A stretch of 64,000 bases of DNA, taken from positions 85,126,001-85,190,000 of the forward strand of contig OZ024744.1 in the NCBI GenBank assembly GCA_964016885.1, in the 5' to 3' direction. A program made the translations under genes and the position numbers. The notes below the pieces were generated by a model. That model was not told the origin of the DNA. It saw only the letters and a list, made by a program, of their open reading frames with translations, and ran no database searches. Below, in pieces: positions 25,801 to 38,136 of this stretch. Origin of the DNA: Eledone cirrhosa. Its lineage: Eukaryota. Positions within the stretch are counted from its first letter, which is position 1; each line of letters starts with the position of its first letter.

Positions 25801-27990
25801 TTGCTGTTGTTATTATCATCGGTGTTGCTGTCGTTATTGTCATCGGTGTTGCTGTCGTTATTGTCGTCGGTGTTGCTGTCGTTATTGTCATCGGTGTTGC
25901 TGTTGTTATTGTTATCGGTGTTGCTGTCGTTATTGTCATCGGTGTTGCTCTTGTTATTGTCATCGGTGTTGCTGTCGTTATTGTCATCGGTGTTGCTGTC
26001 GTTATTGTCATCGGTGTTGCTGTCGTTATTGTCGTCGGTGTTGCTGTCGTTATTGTCATCGGTGTTGCTGTTGTTATTGTTATCGGTGTTGCTGTCGTTA
26101 TTGTCATCGGTGTTGCTCTTGTTATTATCATCGGTGTTGCTGTCGTTATTGTCATCGGTGTTGCTGTCGTTATTGTCGTCGGTGTTGCTGTCGTTATTGT
26201 CATCGGTGTTGCTGTTGTTATTGTTATCGGTGTTGCTGTCGTTATTGTCATCGGTGTTGCTCTTGTTATTGTCATCGGTGTTGCTGTTGTTATTGTTATC
26301 GGTGTTGCTGTCGTTATTGTCATCGGTGTTGCTCTTGTTATTGTCATCGGTGTTGCTGTTGTTATTGTCATCGGTGTTGCTGTCGTTATTGTCATCGGTG
26401 TTGCTGTCGTTATTGTCATCAGTGTTGCTGTCGTTATTGTCATCGGTGTTGCTGTCGTTATTGTCATCGGTGTTGCTCTTGTTATTGTCATCGGTGTTGC
26501 TGTCGTTATTGTCATCGGTGTTGCTGTCGTTATTGTCATTGGTGTTGCTGTCGTTATTGTCATCGGTGTTGCTGTCGTTATTGTCATCGGTGTTGCTGTT
26601 GTTATTGTCATCGGTGTTGCTGTCGTTATTGTCATCGGTGTTGCTGTCGTTATTGTCGTCGGTGTTGCTGTTGTTATTGTCATCGGTGTTGCTGTCGTTA
26701 TTGTCATCGGTGTTGCTGTTGTTATTGTCATCGGTGTTGCTGTCGTTATTGTCATCGCTGTTGCTGTTGTTATTGTCATCGGTGTTGCTGTCGTTATTGT
26801 CATCGGTGTTGCTGTCGTTATTGTCATCGGTGTTGCTGTCGTTATTGTCATCGGTGTTGCTGTTGTTATTGTCATCGGTGTTGCTGTCGTTACTGTCATC
26901 GGTGTTGCTGTCGTTATTGTCATCGGTGTTGCTGTCGTTATTGTCATCGGTGTTGCTGTCGTTATTGTCATCGGTGTTGCTGTCGTTATTGTCATCGGTG
27001 TTGCTGTTGTTATTGTCATCGGTGTTGCTCTTGTTATTGTCATCGGTGTTGCTGTCGTTATTGTCATCGGTGTTGCTGTTGTTATTGTCATCGGTGTTGC
27101 TGTCGTTATTGTCATCGGTGTTGCTGTCGTTATTGTCATCGGTGTTGCTGTCGTTATTGTCATCGGTGTTGCTGTTGTTATTGTCATCGGTGTTGCTGTT
27201 GTTATTGTCATCGGTGTTGCTGTCGTTATTGTCATCGGTGTTGCTGTCGTTCTTGTCATCGGTGTTGCTGTCGTTATTGTCATCGGTGTTGCTCTTGTTA
27301 TTGTCATCTGTGTTGCTGTTGTTATTGTCATCGGTGTTGCTGTCGTTATTGTCATCGGTGTTGCTGTCGTTATTGTCATCGGTGTTGCTGTTGTTATTGT
27401 CATCGGTGTTGCTGTCGTTATTGTCATCGGTGTTGCTGTCGTTATTGTCGTCTGTGTTGCTGTTGTTATTGTCATCGGTGTTGCTGTCGTTATTGTCATC
27501 GGTGTTGCTGTCGTTCTTGTCATCGGTGTTGCTGTCGTTATTGTCATCGGTGTTGCTCTTGTTATTGTCATCTGTGTTGCTGTTGTTATTGTCATCGGTG
27601 TTGCTGTCGTTATTGTCATCGGTGTTGCTGTCGTTCTTGTCATCGGTGTTGCTGTCGTTATTGTCATCGGTGTTGCTCTTGTTATTGTCATCTGTGTTGC
27701 TGTTGTTATTGTCATCGGTGTTGCTGTCGTTATTGTCATCGGTGTTGCTGTCGTTATTGTCATCGGTGTTGCTGTTGTTATTGTCATCGGTGTTGCTGTC
27801 GTTATTGTCATCGGTGTTGCTGTCGTTATTGTCATCTGTGTTGCTGTTGTTATTGTCATCGGTGTTGCTGTCGTTATTGTCATCGGTGTTGCTGTCGTTA
27901 TTGTCATCGGTGTTGCTGTTGTTATTGTCATCGGTGTTGCTGTCGTTATTGTCATCGGTGTTGCTGTCGTTATTGTCGTCTCTGTTGCTC
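19860..27990. repeat. 24-bp minisatellite, ~8.1 kb, roughly 335-340 copies
   Basis: Unit GTTATTGTCATCGGTGTTGCTGT(C/T); explains the giant 8-aa-repeat ORFs. Confidence 0.97.
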
Positions 27991-28029
27991 CAACTACTGC
28001 TGTTACTGTGGCTAACGTGCTACAGTTTT

Positions 28030-28110
28030 TACTGCTGCTGTTGTTGTTGTTATTGATGATGTTGATGTTGTTATTGATGATGTTGTTGATGTTGTTGATG
28101 TTGTTGATGC

Positions 28111-28148
<38 letters not shown>

Positions 28149-28457
28149 ATGTTTTTGATGTTGTTGTTGTTCTTCTTATTATTATTGATGTTGTTGTTGT
28201 TGTTGATGTTGCTGTTGATGTTGATAATGTTATTACAAGAAAAGTAAAGAGAAGAAAAGAAAAGAAAAGAAAAGAAAAGAAAAGAAAAGAAAAGAAAAGA
28301 AAAGAAAAGAAAAGAAAAAAATCAAAGTACTTGTAAACCAATTGTAATCCTCTTAGATTACTGTGAATTGGTGCGAAATAGAAAAAAGAGGCTAAATACA
28401 ATGGCAAAAAAAAATAATCCATTCGAGGAATAATTAAAGACATAAATAAATACATAA

Positions 28458-28514
<57 letters not shown>
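28030..28514. repeat. (TTG/ATG)n, (AAAAG)n and (AAT)n microsatellites
   Basis: Visible repeats; the (AAT)n at ~28457-28514 is the tail/target of Tx1 copy 2. Confidence 0.9.
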
Positions 28515-28515
<1 letters not shown>

Positions 28516-28762
28516 TTTTCTTTATTAACCATAAGGGTTTACATAAAGTAGACATTAAAGATAGTGCAGGACAATACAGGACGGTACAAATGGGCATTTC
28601 TGCGTGTAAAGAACAAAAACAGGATGTAACAAAAAATATCAATGAAAAATTCCCCAATAGGGGGGAGACTTCGGAGGGACATTTGTGGAGAAAGCCCTGT
28701 AAAAGGCCACAGTGACCCTGACCACCAAGGCAAGTGCCCTCTCCCAGTTTTCCACCTTTAAT

Positions 28763-31700
28763 TTACAGATACGTACTCAGAGTAGGCCCATTCACTCGGG
28801 CCATTCTTTCTACTCTCACCTATCTTTCAACAAAATGCTGAGAAGAGAGCTCTTCCCTCTCTACCCTGATTTTCCTTTTCAAATGAAATTTGAAAAAGTT
28901 AATCAGGGCATCACCGAAGAGGTAAGTGTTCGTCTTCAGCCCTTTCAAACGTGTCCACCATACTATCTCTTTCGCCATAGCCACCAGACAGATAAAAACT
29001 CCCTGCCCTTCCCGGCCAAAGGAAGAGGGCGGGGCAATCCTCACGATGGACTCAGATGATAGCCGGATCCGTCCTACACGCGACAGCAGGTGTTCGACAT
29101 AAACACACAAGTCAGCAATTTTCGGACACTGGACAAGTGCGTGCAGGACGGTTTCGTCGCCCTGCGCGCATCTCGGACATGCCCAGCTGACGGCACCTCC
29201 ATGCCTGTAGAGTTTATCCCGAACTGGCAAGGCTCCTCGGTAGCACTGCCAGGCCAGAGATTTCTGGAAGTTGTCCATAGGTCCCGGCCCGAAAGTTCTT
29301 CCGAAGAGATTGGTTAGTTGCTTTTCGTCGACGCCTAGAGTTTCCCCAAGTACGTCGTCGCTCTTCCCCTCCACTAATCCTCTATAGAACGCCAAGGTGG
29401 AGTTTCCACCGATCACATGGCCCGATTGGTCGAGGGCTGTGAGCGCCTGAAGACATTCCAGTCTCCAGGCGCTCCCTCTCGGTCTTCGCTTGACCCAGGA
29501 CTGCAGCTCCGTCAAGGAAACGAGTTGGGGAAATACGTGTCTAGCAAACGGCGACCACACCTGATCACCGTCGAGGAAGAGGTGGAGATGTCGTAGCCTG
29601 AGCGCGTGTCTGTGCATCATCAGCCACGGCATTCCCAGCCCTCCACGTAGCGGGTGTTGACAGCAGATGGACCACCTGACCATCTGAGCGCGTCCCTTCA
29701 CAAAAAGCGAAATAGCAAACGCTCCAGCGCAGTCAGGCGGGGCTTAGGACAATCTACGACGGTCAGGCGGTAGCAGATGACAGACGCGATGTACGCGTTA
29801 GCCACCTCCGCTCGACCTTTCAGGGATAGCTTCCTCTCCGCCCATTTCTAGGTGAGAGAAGCCACCCTGCTCGTCACCTCGTCCCAGTTTTTGTCCGTCT
29901 GGAAGTCCGGACCGAACCAGATCCCTAGCAATTTAACCGGTCCGTCCGTCCAGCGTCCGACGACGCTGTTGGACGGCATGGACCTGCCTCTCCAGGTGCC
30001 GAGCTGCAGCCCACTGACTTTTCCTGGTTGATCATTGCTCCTGTCACCGCTTCGTATTCTCTTAGTGTAGTGCCGATCGCCTCGATGTGTTTGGCGTTCG
30101 ACACCACTACGGTGACATCGTCCGCATATGCTGATACGGATCTTCCGCATCTTAGTTCGCGCGGGACGCCCCTCAACGTCTCCAGTTTGTGCAGTAATGG
30201 CTCGAGAGTCAATACGTACAAGAGGGACGAGAGGGGACATCCTTGGCGGACCGAGCGCATGATGTTGAACGGTTCCGACAGGTGACTGTTCACTCTCACC
30301 ACAGAGCAGATGTCGCTGTGCATGGCAGTGATCCAGCCTCTGAAGACGGGCCCAAAGCCAGCCGCCCTCAGGACTGCCGCTAGGTAACGATGGTCGACCC
30401 TATCGAAAGCTTTCGACTGATCTAAATTGATCAAGGACCGACCCGTGCCACGTTCCCTAGCTACTCTCTTTACGATGTATCGCATGAGGTGGAGGTTGTC
30501 GTGGATGGATCTGTCGGGAATGGCGCATGTCTGCGCCTCTCCCACCAGACCACCAACGACAAGCGCCAACCTCTTTGCTAGCACCTTGGCCAAAATCTTG
30601 AACTCTGTGTTTAGCAGAGTTATGGGCGTGAAATTATCTATGTTATCCCCTTTGTTCAGATGCTTTCTCAGCAGTGCCACCGCTCCTCGGCTCACAGAAC
30701 TGGGAATTCTCCCGTTCTGTTGCCAGTTGCAGTAGACGTCCGCCAAGAGGCCTCCGATCAAGTCTGGCATCTGTACGTAAAGTTCATAGGGCAGACCATC
30801 CAAACCAGGCGATTTACCCCTTGTGCAGCCAGTCATTGCCTCCCTTACTTCAGCGGCTGTTATCGGCTTTTCGCAACACTCCGCCTCAGTGGCCGAGAGC
30901 CGCGGCAGTCCGTCGAGGTAGACACTAAAGTCCATCCCTCGACCCGGCCCACCGCTGCCCCCGAACAGCTGAGCAAAGTGTCGCTGAAAAGCTTCACACA
31001 TTTGCCCGGGATCGAGTAGCATGCGCCCGTCGTGGTCCACCAAAGACCGGATCGTGGCTTTGTTGCCACGACGCGCCTCCGCCACTCGGGCCCATTGAAC
31101 GGCTTTCGTCCCCTCGTGTCTGAGAGCACGCACCCTAGCTCTGACAACGCAGCCTTCGTGCTTTGCATTGAAGAATTGGTCAAGGGCCAATTTCGCTGCA
31201 AACCCGTCGGTCGCATTGCTTTTGCTAAGCGCCTCGTCTAATTTTCTGACTAGTTCTCCCTCTGCTCTATTTTTCTCTATTGCTAAAGCCTTACTAAACC
31301 TAATCGATCCTATTCTAATCGCTCTTTTCAGAGCAAACCACCACTTGTTGTTGACGATGGCCCTCGTCAACGCCCGCTTAACTAGTTCGCTAATCCGGTC
31401 TCTGTAGGCATTGCGCGCTGGTAAGGACGCTTTAGCTTCCAGTAGCCGGGTCCTCGTCTATGAAGCCTATCTAAGTCAAGCACACAGTTCACGAATTTGT
31501 GGTCCGTGTAGTTGACTATCTTGAATTGTGGATAGCCTATGCTAGACCTATCTATTTCCCTACAAAATACTCTATCTAGATATGATCTGGATGACCCTAT
31601 GAGATTTGTCCAAGTCCACATTGGTACATTCGGGAAATCCAATCGGTACCTGTCAGACAGTTCAAAACGCCTGAGCAGGCTGGTGAGACTCTTGCACCCT

Positions 31701-32177
31701 CCTCCCCTATCCACTAATCCCACACAATCCCAGCGTGCATCTAAGATCCCGTTCCAGTCGCCCACTAACACTAAAGAGCAGGACATTCCAAGAAAGGTCT
31801 CCAGACGCAGGAACAAATCAGGCCACCCTGCTCCTGTCGGGGCATAGACGGCCACTAACCTGAAAGCTTGCCCGTCTCCGCTATCACGTCCAGCACCACC
31901 AACTTACCTTCTGGGTCCAGGAAGATGGCCCGTATGGCAAGATCCAAACCTCTCCGAAAAATCACAGCAACTCCACCCCCGATCCCGGATGGCTGGGAGA
32001 TGCGTACACATCGTAGCCGCCGAAGATCGGTGCGAAGGCCCGTGCTTCGGAGATTCTGGTCTCGCTGATGGCCACTACATCTATGTTTAGTGACCTGAGG
32101 TCGTTGAGCAGGTGGCCCTGCTTCCATGACGACCCCAAGCCACGCGCATTTATGCTGCCTATTCTGAGTGAGGTCAT
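28763..32177 (-). pseudogene. Tx1 copy 2 ORF2 (APE-RT-CCHC), frameshifted
   Basis: INARGL, SET, GDWN, SYLDR, TDHK, GPGYWKL, KSPGLDG, DQSKAFDRV, SVRQGCPLS, AYADD, CPRC..ETVLHALVQC. Confidence 0.92.
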
Positions 32178-32211
32178 GTTGAAATGGAGTGGAAAAGATG
32201 GGAAAGACCAC

Positions 32212-34161
32212 TTACCTTACTTCTCGTAGAGGAAGGACGGTTTTTCCATCCTTTTCACTGCTTGTGGCCTCCTCAGGAAGGATGTCCTTATAAATCCTCC
32301 TGGAGAGTGCTTGTCGGAAGTCTCTGATGTCTTTGGGGAATTTTTGTTTTAGTATCAATTTCTGTGTGATGCGAGTGATTTGTATGTGTGTAGGTGGTGT
32401 GAACTTTTGGGTTGTTGTGTAGTCTTTTTCTGTGATGCTGGTGTTGTGTTGGATGTAGTGTAATAATTGGTTGTTGTTCAAATTTAATACTGTGTAGTGT
32501 GTATCGTTTTGGTTGTTTTGTTTTCTTTACGTTTGTTGTGGGTTCGTTTCTGTTTCGCATTTTGGTGACTTTTGTGGTGTAGGTGATGGTGGTGTTGGGG
32601 TTAATGATGGTGATGGTATTGGTGTTTGGGGTGATGGGGTTGGTGATGCTGGTGTGGATGGTGGCATATCTGTCCTAACTTTTTTGTTTGTTAATTTATT
32701 TGTTTCCCTCTGTATTTTGTTTTTGGAGGGGGAAGGAAGAGAATTTTTTCTTTTTTGGTTTCTTTTTTTCTTTTTTTCTTTTTTCCTGATACCGTTTCCC
32801 ACTCCTCGTCGTCACAATCTGTCTCCAGTTGTGATAGGCAGGGGAGTGGAAAATCCTCCACAGGCGTTAGTTTTGGTTGTGGCGTGGTGGATGGTGTAGG
32901 CGCTGGTGATAGTTCTGAAGCGTTGGGTGGTGGTGGTGTTGGTTTTGCTGCTGGTGGTGGTGTTGGTTTTGCTACTGTTGCTGGGGTTGTTGCTGTTACA
33001 GTTGCTTCTGTTGTTGCTGCTACAGTTGTTGCTGCCATCTCTGATGCTGGTGGTGTTGATGGTTGAGTCACTGGTGTGGGTAGGAGAGGTGGCCTCAACC
33101 TTTAACCTGAGGGCAGAAAGCCCTTAGGTGGGTTCCTTCACCACAAATAACACACCTAGGCTTTCTGCCCTCGACAATTACGGTGAGGTGGCTGCCGTCA
33201 GTGAGGTCTATTACCTCTGGGATCTCCTCAATGCTTTTTTGGTCCGCTCGGATCAGGTGCTCCATCCCAGATCCGGACCAGTTCTCCTGCTTTTCTTTCG
33301 CTATTTCGATTATCTTGGTGTTGGCTTCGATGCCGGCGAGGACGGCAACTATTAGCCAGGGAATTTCGATGGCCGGTGGAACGTGGGTGACCCTGATCTT
33401 TACGAGTTTCTGGCCACAACAGCTTGGGACGAGTGTGAAGTCGTCACTTCTTAATGGGGCAATGGAGTGTTCTCTAGCCTCCTGTGGTGTTTCAAAGAAC
33501 ACGTCCACGGTTCCATACTTCTGCCCACGTCTGATGTGGGGTTTTTTTGCCCACACATGTCCCAAAGCTTTTTGGATTTGGGACTCGGATGCCCGTTCCA
33601 CTCGGCGCGATTTTATATTAATTGTTCCATTTTGTTAGGTGTGGGGTGAGAGTGACCCTGTACCCATCTTTCTTTACCAGTTTTTTGCCTTCTTCTAAAT
33701 CCTCCTGAGTTACCTGAAATGCTTCGCACTGTTTTGCTACTCTGGCAAAACTCAGGGTGGTTTTCTTAATGTCATTGTTGCTATTGTTGTTACCGTTATT
33801 TTTGTTATTATTAATTTTAGTTTCAGTTGTGGCGGTGGCGGCGTCAGTGGTGTTCGGTGTGGAAGAGTTCATTTTGGTTGAATTCATTTCGATATCACGA
33901 GTTAATTTATTTTTTTCTTTTGTTTCTGTTGTCGCGGTGGTGGTGGGGTGGTGGTTGTCGCAGTGGTGGTGGTGGTGGTGGGGGGGGGTTAACACCTGCA
34001 GTCATTGGTAATGGCGGGAAATGAATGTCTGTCTGAGACAAATTTAAAATATTGCTACTGCTTATATTCTTTTTAGTGTTGGCAAACGTAGTAATATTTA
34101 CAATGGTGGTGTCGGTGTGAGGTGTTAGTTTGTGAGAAAGGAGTAATTCTAAGTCAGCCAT
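32212..34161 (-). pseudogene. Tx1 copy 2 ORF1, frameshifted
   Basis: SFARVA, ERASESQIQKAL..., VEGRKPRCVICGEGTHLRAFCP knuckle, homologous to copy 3 ORF1. Confidence 0.85.
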
Positions 34162-34391
34162 GATGTTTCAAAGAAAAATTTTTGTTTGATAATTATAAAA
34201 GTTTAAATTTTGGGCTCAAGGCCCCAATATTTTGGGTGTCCTTTTCAGATAACTATGTATGTGCACTTATATACAGTTAACAATAAAATTTTCCATGAAT
34301 GGCAATTTTGAACAACTAAAAATAACAAACCTTTGCGGAGATCACGATGATACTATTTACTACGTAGGTCGCCAATAATAATAATAATAAT

Positions 34392-34500
34392 CACAAGGGC
34401 TGACATTAAAAAAACATTACAGACGGCATAGGACGGTACGATGTGGGTTTTGTGCGTGTAAAGATTTTTTTAATTATTTATATAAGAAATGAAAAAGAAA
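34392..34500 (-). mobile_element. Very short Tx1 3'UTR stub
   Basis: CACAAGGGCTGACA..AAAACATTA.AGACGGCA..GTGGGTTTTG..CGTGTAAA duplicates the 3'UTR at 34548-34630. Confidence 0.75.
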
Positions 34501-34796
34501 AAAGACATAGAAACATATATATATATAAACAATGGTTTCTTATTGGCCACAAGGGCTGACACGAAGAAAAACATTAGAGACGGCACAGAACAGTACAGAA
34601 CAATACAAAGTGGGTTTTGGTCGTGTAAACAGGTTATAACAAAATCGGGCTAGAAATCCAAAAAAATTCAAACAACAAAAATTCTTCAAGAAGGGGGAAA
34701 CCTCCGAGGGTCACTCGTGGTGAAAACCACACAAAAGACCACGGCCAACCTGACCACCAGGGCAAGATCTCTCTCTCACTTTTCCCACTCCTCAGT

Positions 34797-37700
34797 CTAC
34801 AGACGTATACTCAGAGCGGGTCCGATCACTCGGACCAGACTCGCCACTTTCACCCACCTTTCAACAAACTTACTAGAAGACAGCACTTGATTTTCCTCTT
34901 CAAGTGAAACTTGAAAAAGTTAATCAGGGATTGGCCGGAGAGGAAAGTGTCCGTCTTCAACCCTTTCAACCTTGTCCACCACACAATCTCTTTCGCCATG
35001 GCCACCAGGCAGATGAAAACTGCCTGCCCTTCCTCCTCTTTAAAGGGTGACGGCGGGGCTATCTGCACAATGCACTCAGTCGATAACTGGATCCCTCCTA
35101 CACGGGACAGCAGCTGTTCGACATAGCTCCACAAGTCAGCAATCATCGGGCACTGAACGAGTGCGTGCAGGCCGATTCCATCGCCCTGCGCGCATCTCGG
35201 ACAGGCTTGGCTGACGGCACTTCTGTGCCTGTAGAGCTTATCCCGAACCAGCAACGCTCCCCGGTAGAACTGCCAGGCCAAGGATTTCTGGAAGTTGTCC
35301 ATAGGCCCCGGTCTGAAAGTTCTCTTGAAGAGGGCAAACAGCTGATCGTCTTCGACACCCAGGGTCTCCCCGAGAACGTCGTTGCTCTTCTCCCTCCACC
35401 AGCCCTCTATAGAACGCCGAGGTGGATGTTCCACCGATACTCGTACCCAGCCGGTAGAGGGCGGTGAGCGCTTGGAGTCATTTCCAGCTTCCAAGCGCTA
35501 TCCCTCGGTCTTTTCCTGATCCAGGACTGCAGCTCCGTCAAGGAGACGAGCTGGCGAAAAGCGCGTCTGGCAAACGGCGACCACACCTGTTCACCGTCAA
35601 GGAATCATCAGAGATGTCGCAGCCTCAGCGCATGTTTGCGCATCATCATCCACGGCATGCCTAGTCCTCCACGCAACGAGTGTTGACAGCAAATGGATCG
35701 TCTGACCATGCTAGCACGTCCCCTCCACAAAAAGCGGAAGAGAAGGCGCTCCATTTTGGTCAGATATGGACGGGGCAAGTTACGACGGTCATGCAGTAGC
35801 AGATGACGGACGCTATGTGCGCATTCGCCACCTCCGCCCGACCTTTCAGAGACAGCCTCCTCTCGGTCCATTTCTAGTTTGGAGAGACCATCCTGCTCGT
35901 CACGTCGCTCCAGTTTTTCTCCATCTGGAGGTCCGGACCGAACCAGATCCCGAGCAATTTAACCCGTCCTTCCGTCCAGCGCCCCACGACGTTGTCGGAC
36001 GGTATGGACTTGCCTCTCCAGGTGCCGAATTGCAAACCCACCGACTTTTCCTGGTTTATCATTGCTCCTGTCTTCGCTTCGTATTCTTTGAGAACGGTGC
36101 CCAGAATCTGGAAGTGTTTGGTGCTCGACACCACCACGGTGGCGTCGTCGGCGTAAGCTGACACGGATCTCTCGCATCCCAGTTCGCGTGGGACCCCCTT
36201 CATCGTCTCCAATTTTTGTAGTAAAGGTTCTAGGGCCAGTACGCACGAGAGGGAGGAGACGGGGCAACCCTGGCGGACCGAGCGCATGATGCTGAAAGGC
36301 TGCGACAGGTGACCATTCACCCTCACATTAGAGCAGATGTCGCTGTGCATCGCAGCGATCCAGCCCCTAAAAAACGGGCCCGAAGCCGGCCGCCTCGAGG
36401 ATCGCAGCCAGGTACCGATGGTCAACCCTATCAAATGCTTTAGATTCATCCAAGTTGATCAGGGCCCCACTCGTGCCAGGTTCGTTAACCACCCTCTCTA
36501 TGATGTATCGCATGAGATGGAGGTTGTCGTCGATGAATCTGTCCGGAATGGCGCATAGCTGCGCCTCTCCCACCAGATCACTGACGACAAGCGCCAATCT
36601 CTTTGTTAACACCCTTCGCCAAAATCTTAAACTGGGAATGCTCCCGTTCTGCTGCCAGTTGCAGTAAACATCTGCTAAGACGTCGCCAAACAAGTCTGGC
36701 ATATACGCATAAAGCTCGTAGGGCAGACCATCCAAACCTTGCGATTTACTCCTCGTGCAGACAGACATCGCGACCCGTATTTCACCTGCTGTTATCGGCT
36801 TTTCGCAGCACTGCGCTGCGGTCGCCGAGAGCCGCGGCAGTCCGTCGAGGTATGCACCGAAGTCCATACTACGATCCAGCCCGGCGCCGAACCCGAACAA
36901 TTGAGAAAAGTGCTGTGGGAAAGTCTCACATATCTGCTCGGGTTCGAGCAACATGCGCCCGTTTTGATCAGGCAAAGACCGAATTGTGGACTTGTTGCTA
37001 CGTCGCGCCTCCACCACCCGGTCTCATTAAACGACTTTCGTCCCCTCGTGTCTTAGAGCACGCGCTCTAGCTCTGACAACGCAGCCTTCATGCTTTGCGT
37101 TGAAGAATTGGTCGAGAGCCAATCTCGCTGCAAGCACGTCGGTTGCGATGCCTGTCCTAAACGCCTCTTCTAGCTTTCTAACTAACTCACCCTCTACTCT
37201 ATTTTCCTCTATCACTACTCCTTTGCTAAACCTTATCGATTCTGCTCTAATAGCCCTTTTCAGGGTAAACCCCCACCTGTTGTTGACCATCGCACCCGTC
37301 AACGCACACTTAACTAATTCGCTAATCCAGTCTCTGCAAGATTTGGAGGAACGACGCGTTAAGCTTCCAGTAGCCGGGCCCTTGCCTATGGAGTCTAGCT
37401 AAGTCAACTTCACAGATCACAAATTTGTGGTCCGTGTAGTCGACTACTTTAAATTGTGGACAACCTACACTAGCCTTATCTGTTTCCCTACAGACTACCC
37501 TATCTAAATACGATCTGGATGATCCGATGCCGTTTGCCCATGTCCACATTGGCACATTCGGATAATCCAGTCTATACCTGTCAGACAGTTAAAAACGTTT
37601 GAGCAGGTTGTTGAGGCTTTTACACTCTCCTGCCCTATCTACTAGCCCCACATAATCCCAGCGTGCATCTAAGACATCTTTCCAGTCGCCGACTAACACT

Positions 37701-38104
37701 AAAGAGTGCGACGTTCCAAGAAAGGTCTCTAGGCGTCTGAGGATATCTGGCCGTCCTGCTCCTGTTGGGACGTAGACGGCTACTAGCCTGAAAGCATTGC
37801 CTTCGCTGCCGGTCACGTCCAACGCCACCGACTTACCTTCTGGGTCCAGGAAGATGGCCCGTATGGCGAGATCCAAGCCTCTCCGAAAAAGCACGGCCAC
37901 CCCTCCCCCCGATCCCTGACGGCTGGAAGATGCGTATACATCGTAGCCACCGAAGATCGATGCAAAGGCTTGTGCTTCGGAGATTCTGGTCTCGCTGATG
38001 GCCACCACATCTATGTTTAGTGACCTGAGGTCGTTGATCAGATGACCCTGCTTCCAAGATGACCTTATATATACATTTATACTGCCTATTCTAAGTACAG
38101 CCAT
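34797..38104 (-). pseudogene. Tx1 copy 3 ORF2 (APE-RT-CCHC), frameshifted
   Basis: MAVLRIGSIN, SETRI, GDW, SYLDR, TDHK, GPGYWKLN, DESKAFDRV, SVRQGCP, AYADD, CPRC. Confidence 0.92.
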
Positions 38105-38136
38105 GCTGGATGAGAAACGGGGCAAGTGAGAAAGGA

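Larger units (their letters stand above)
28515..34373 (-). mobile_element. L1/Tx1-clade LINE copy 2, full length, flanked by (AAT)n on both sides
   Basis: 5'UTR starting GGCG, ORF1 from 34161, ORF2 from 32177, 3' end CCCTTATGGTTAATAAAGAAAAC(ATT)n. Confidence 0.93.

Noticed and set aside
19649-28015. 2788-aa Cys-rich ORF resembling a metallothionein/keratin-associated protein, plus overlapping Leu- and Val-rich ORFs
   Set aside because: A by-product of a stop-free 24-bp repeat; five frames are open and the N-terminus comes from the neighbouring 50-bp minisatellite
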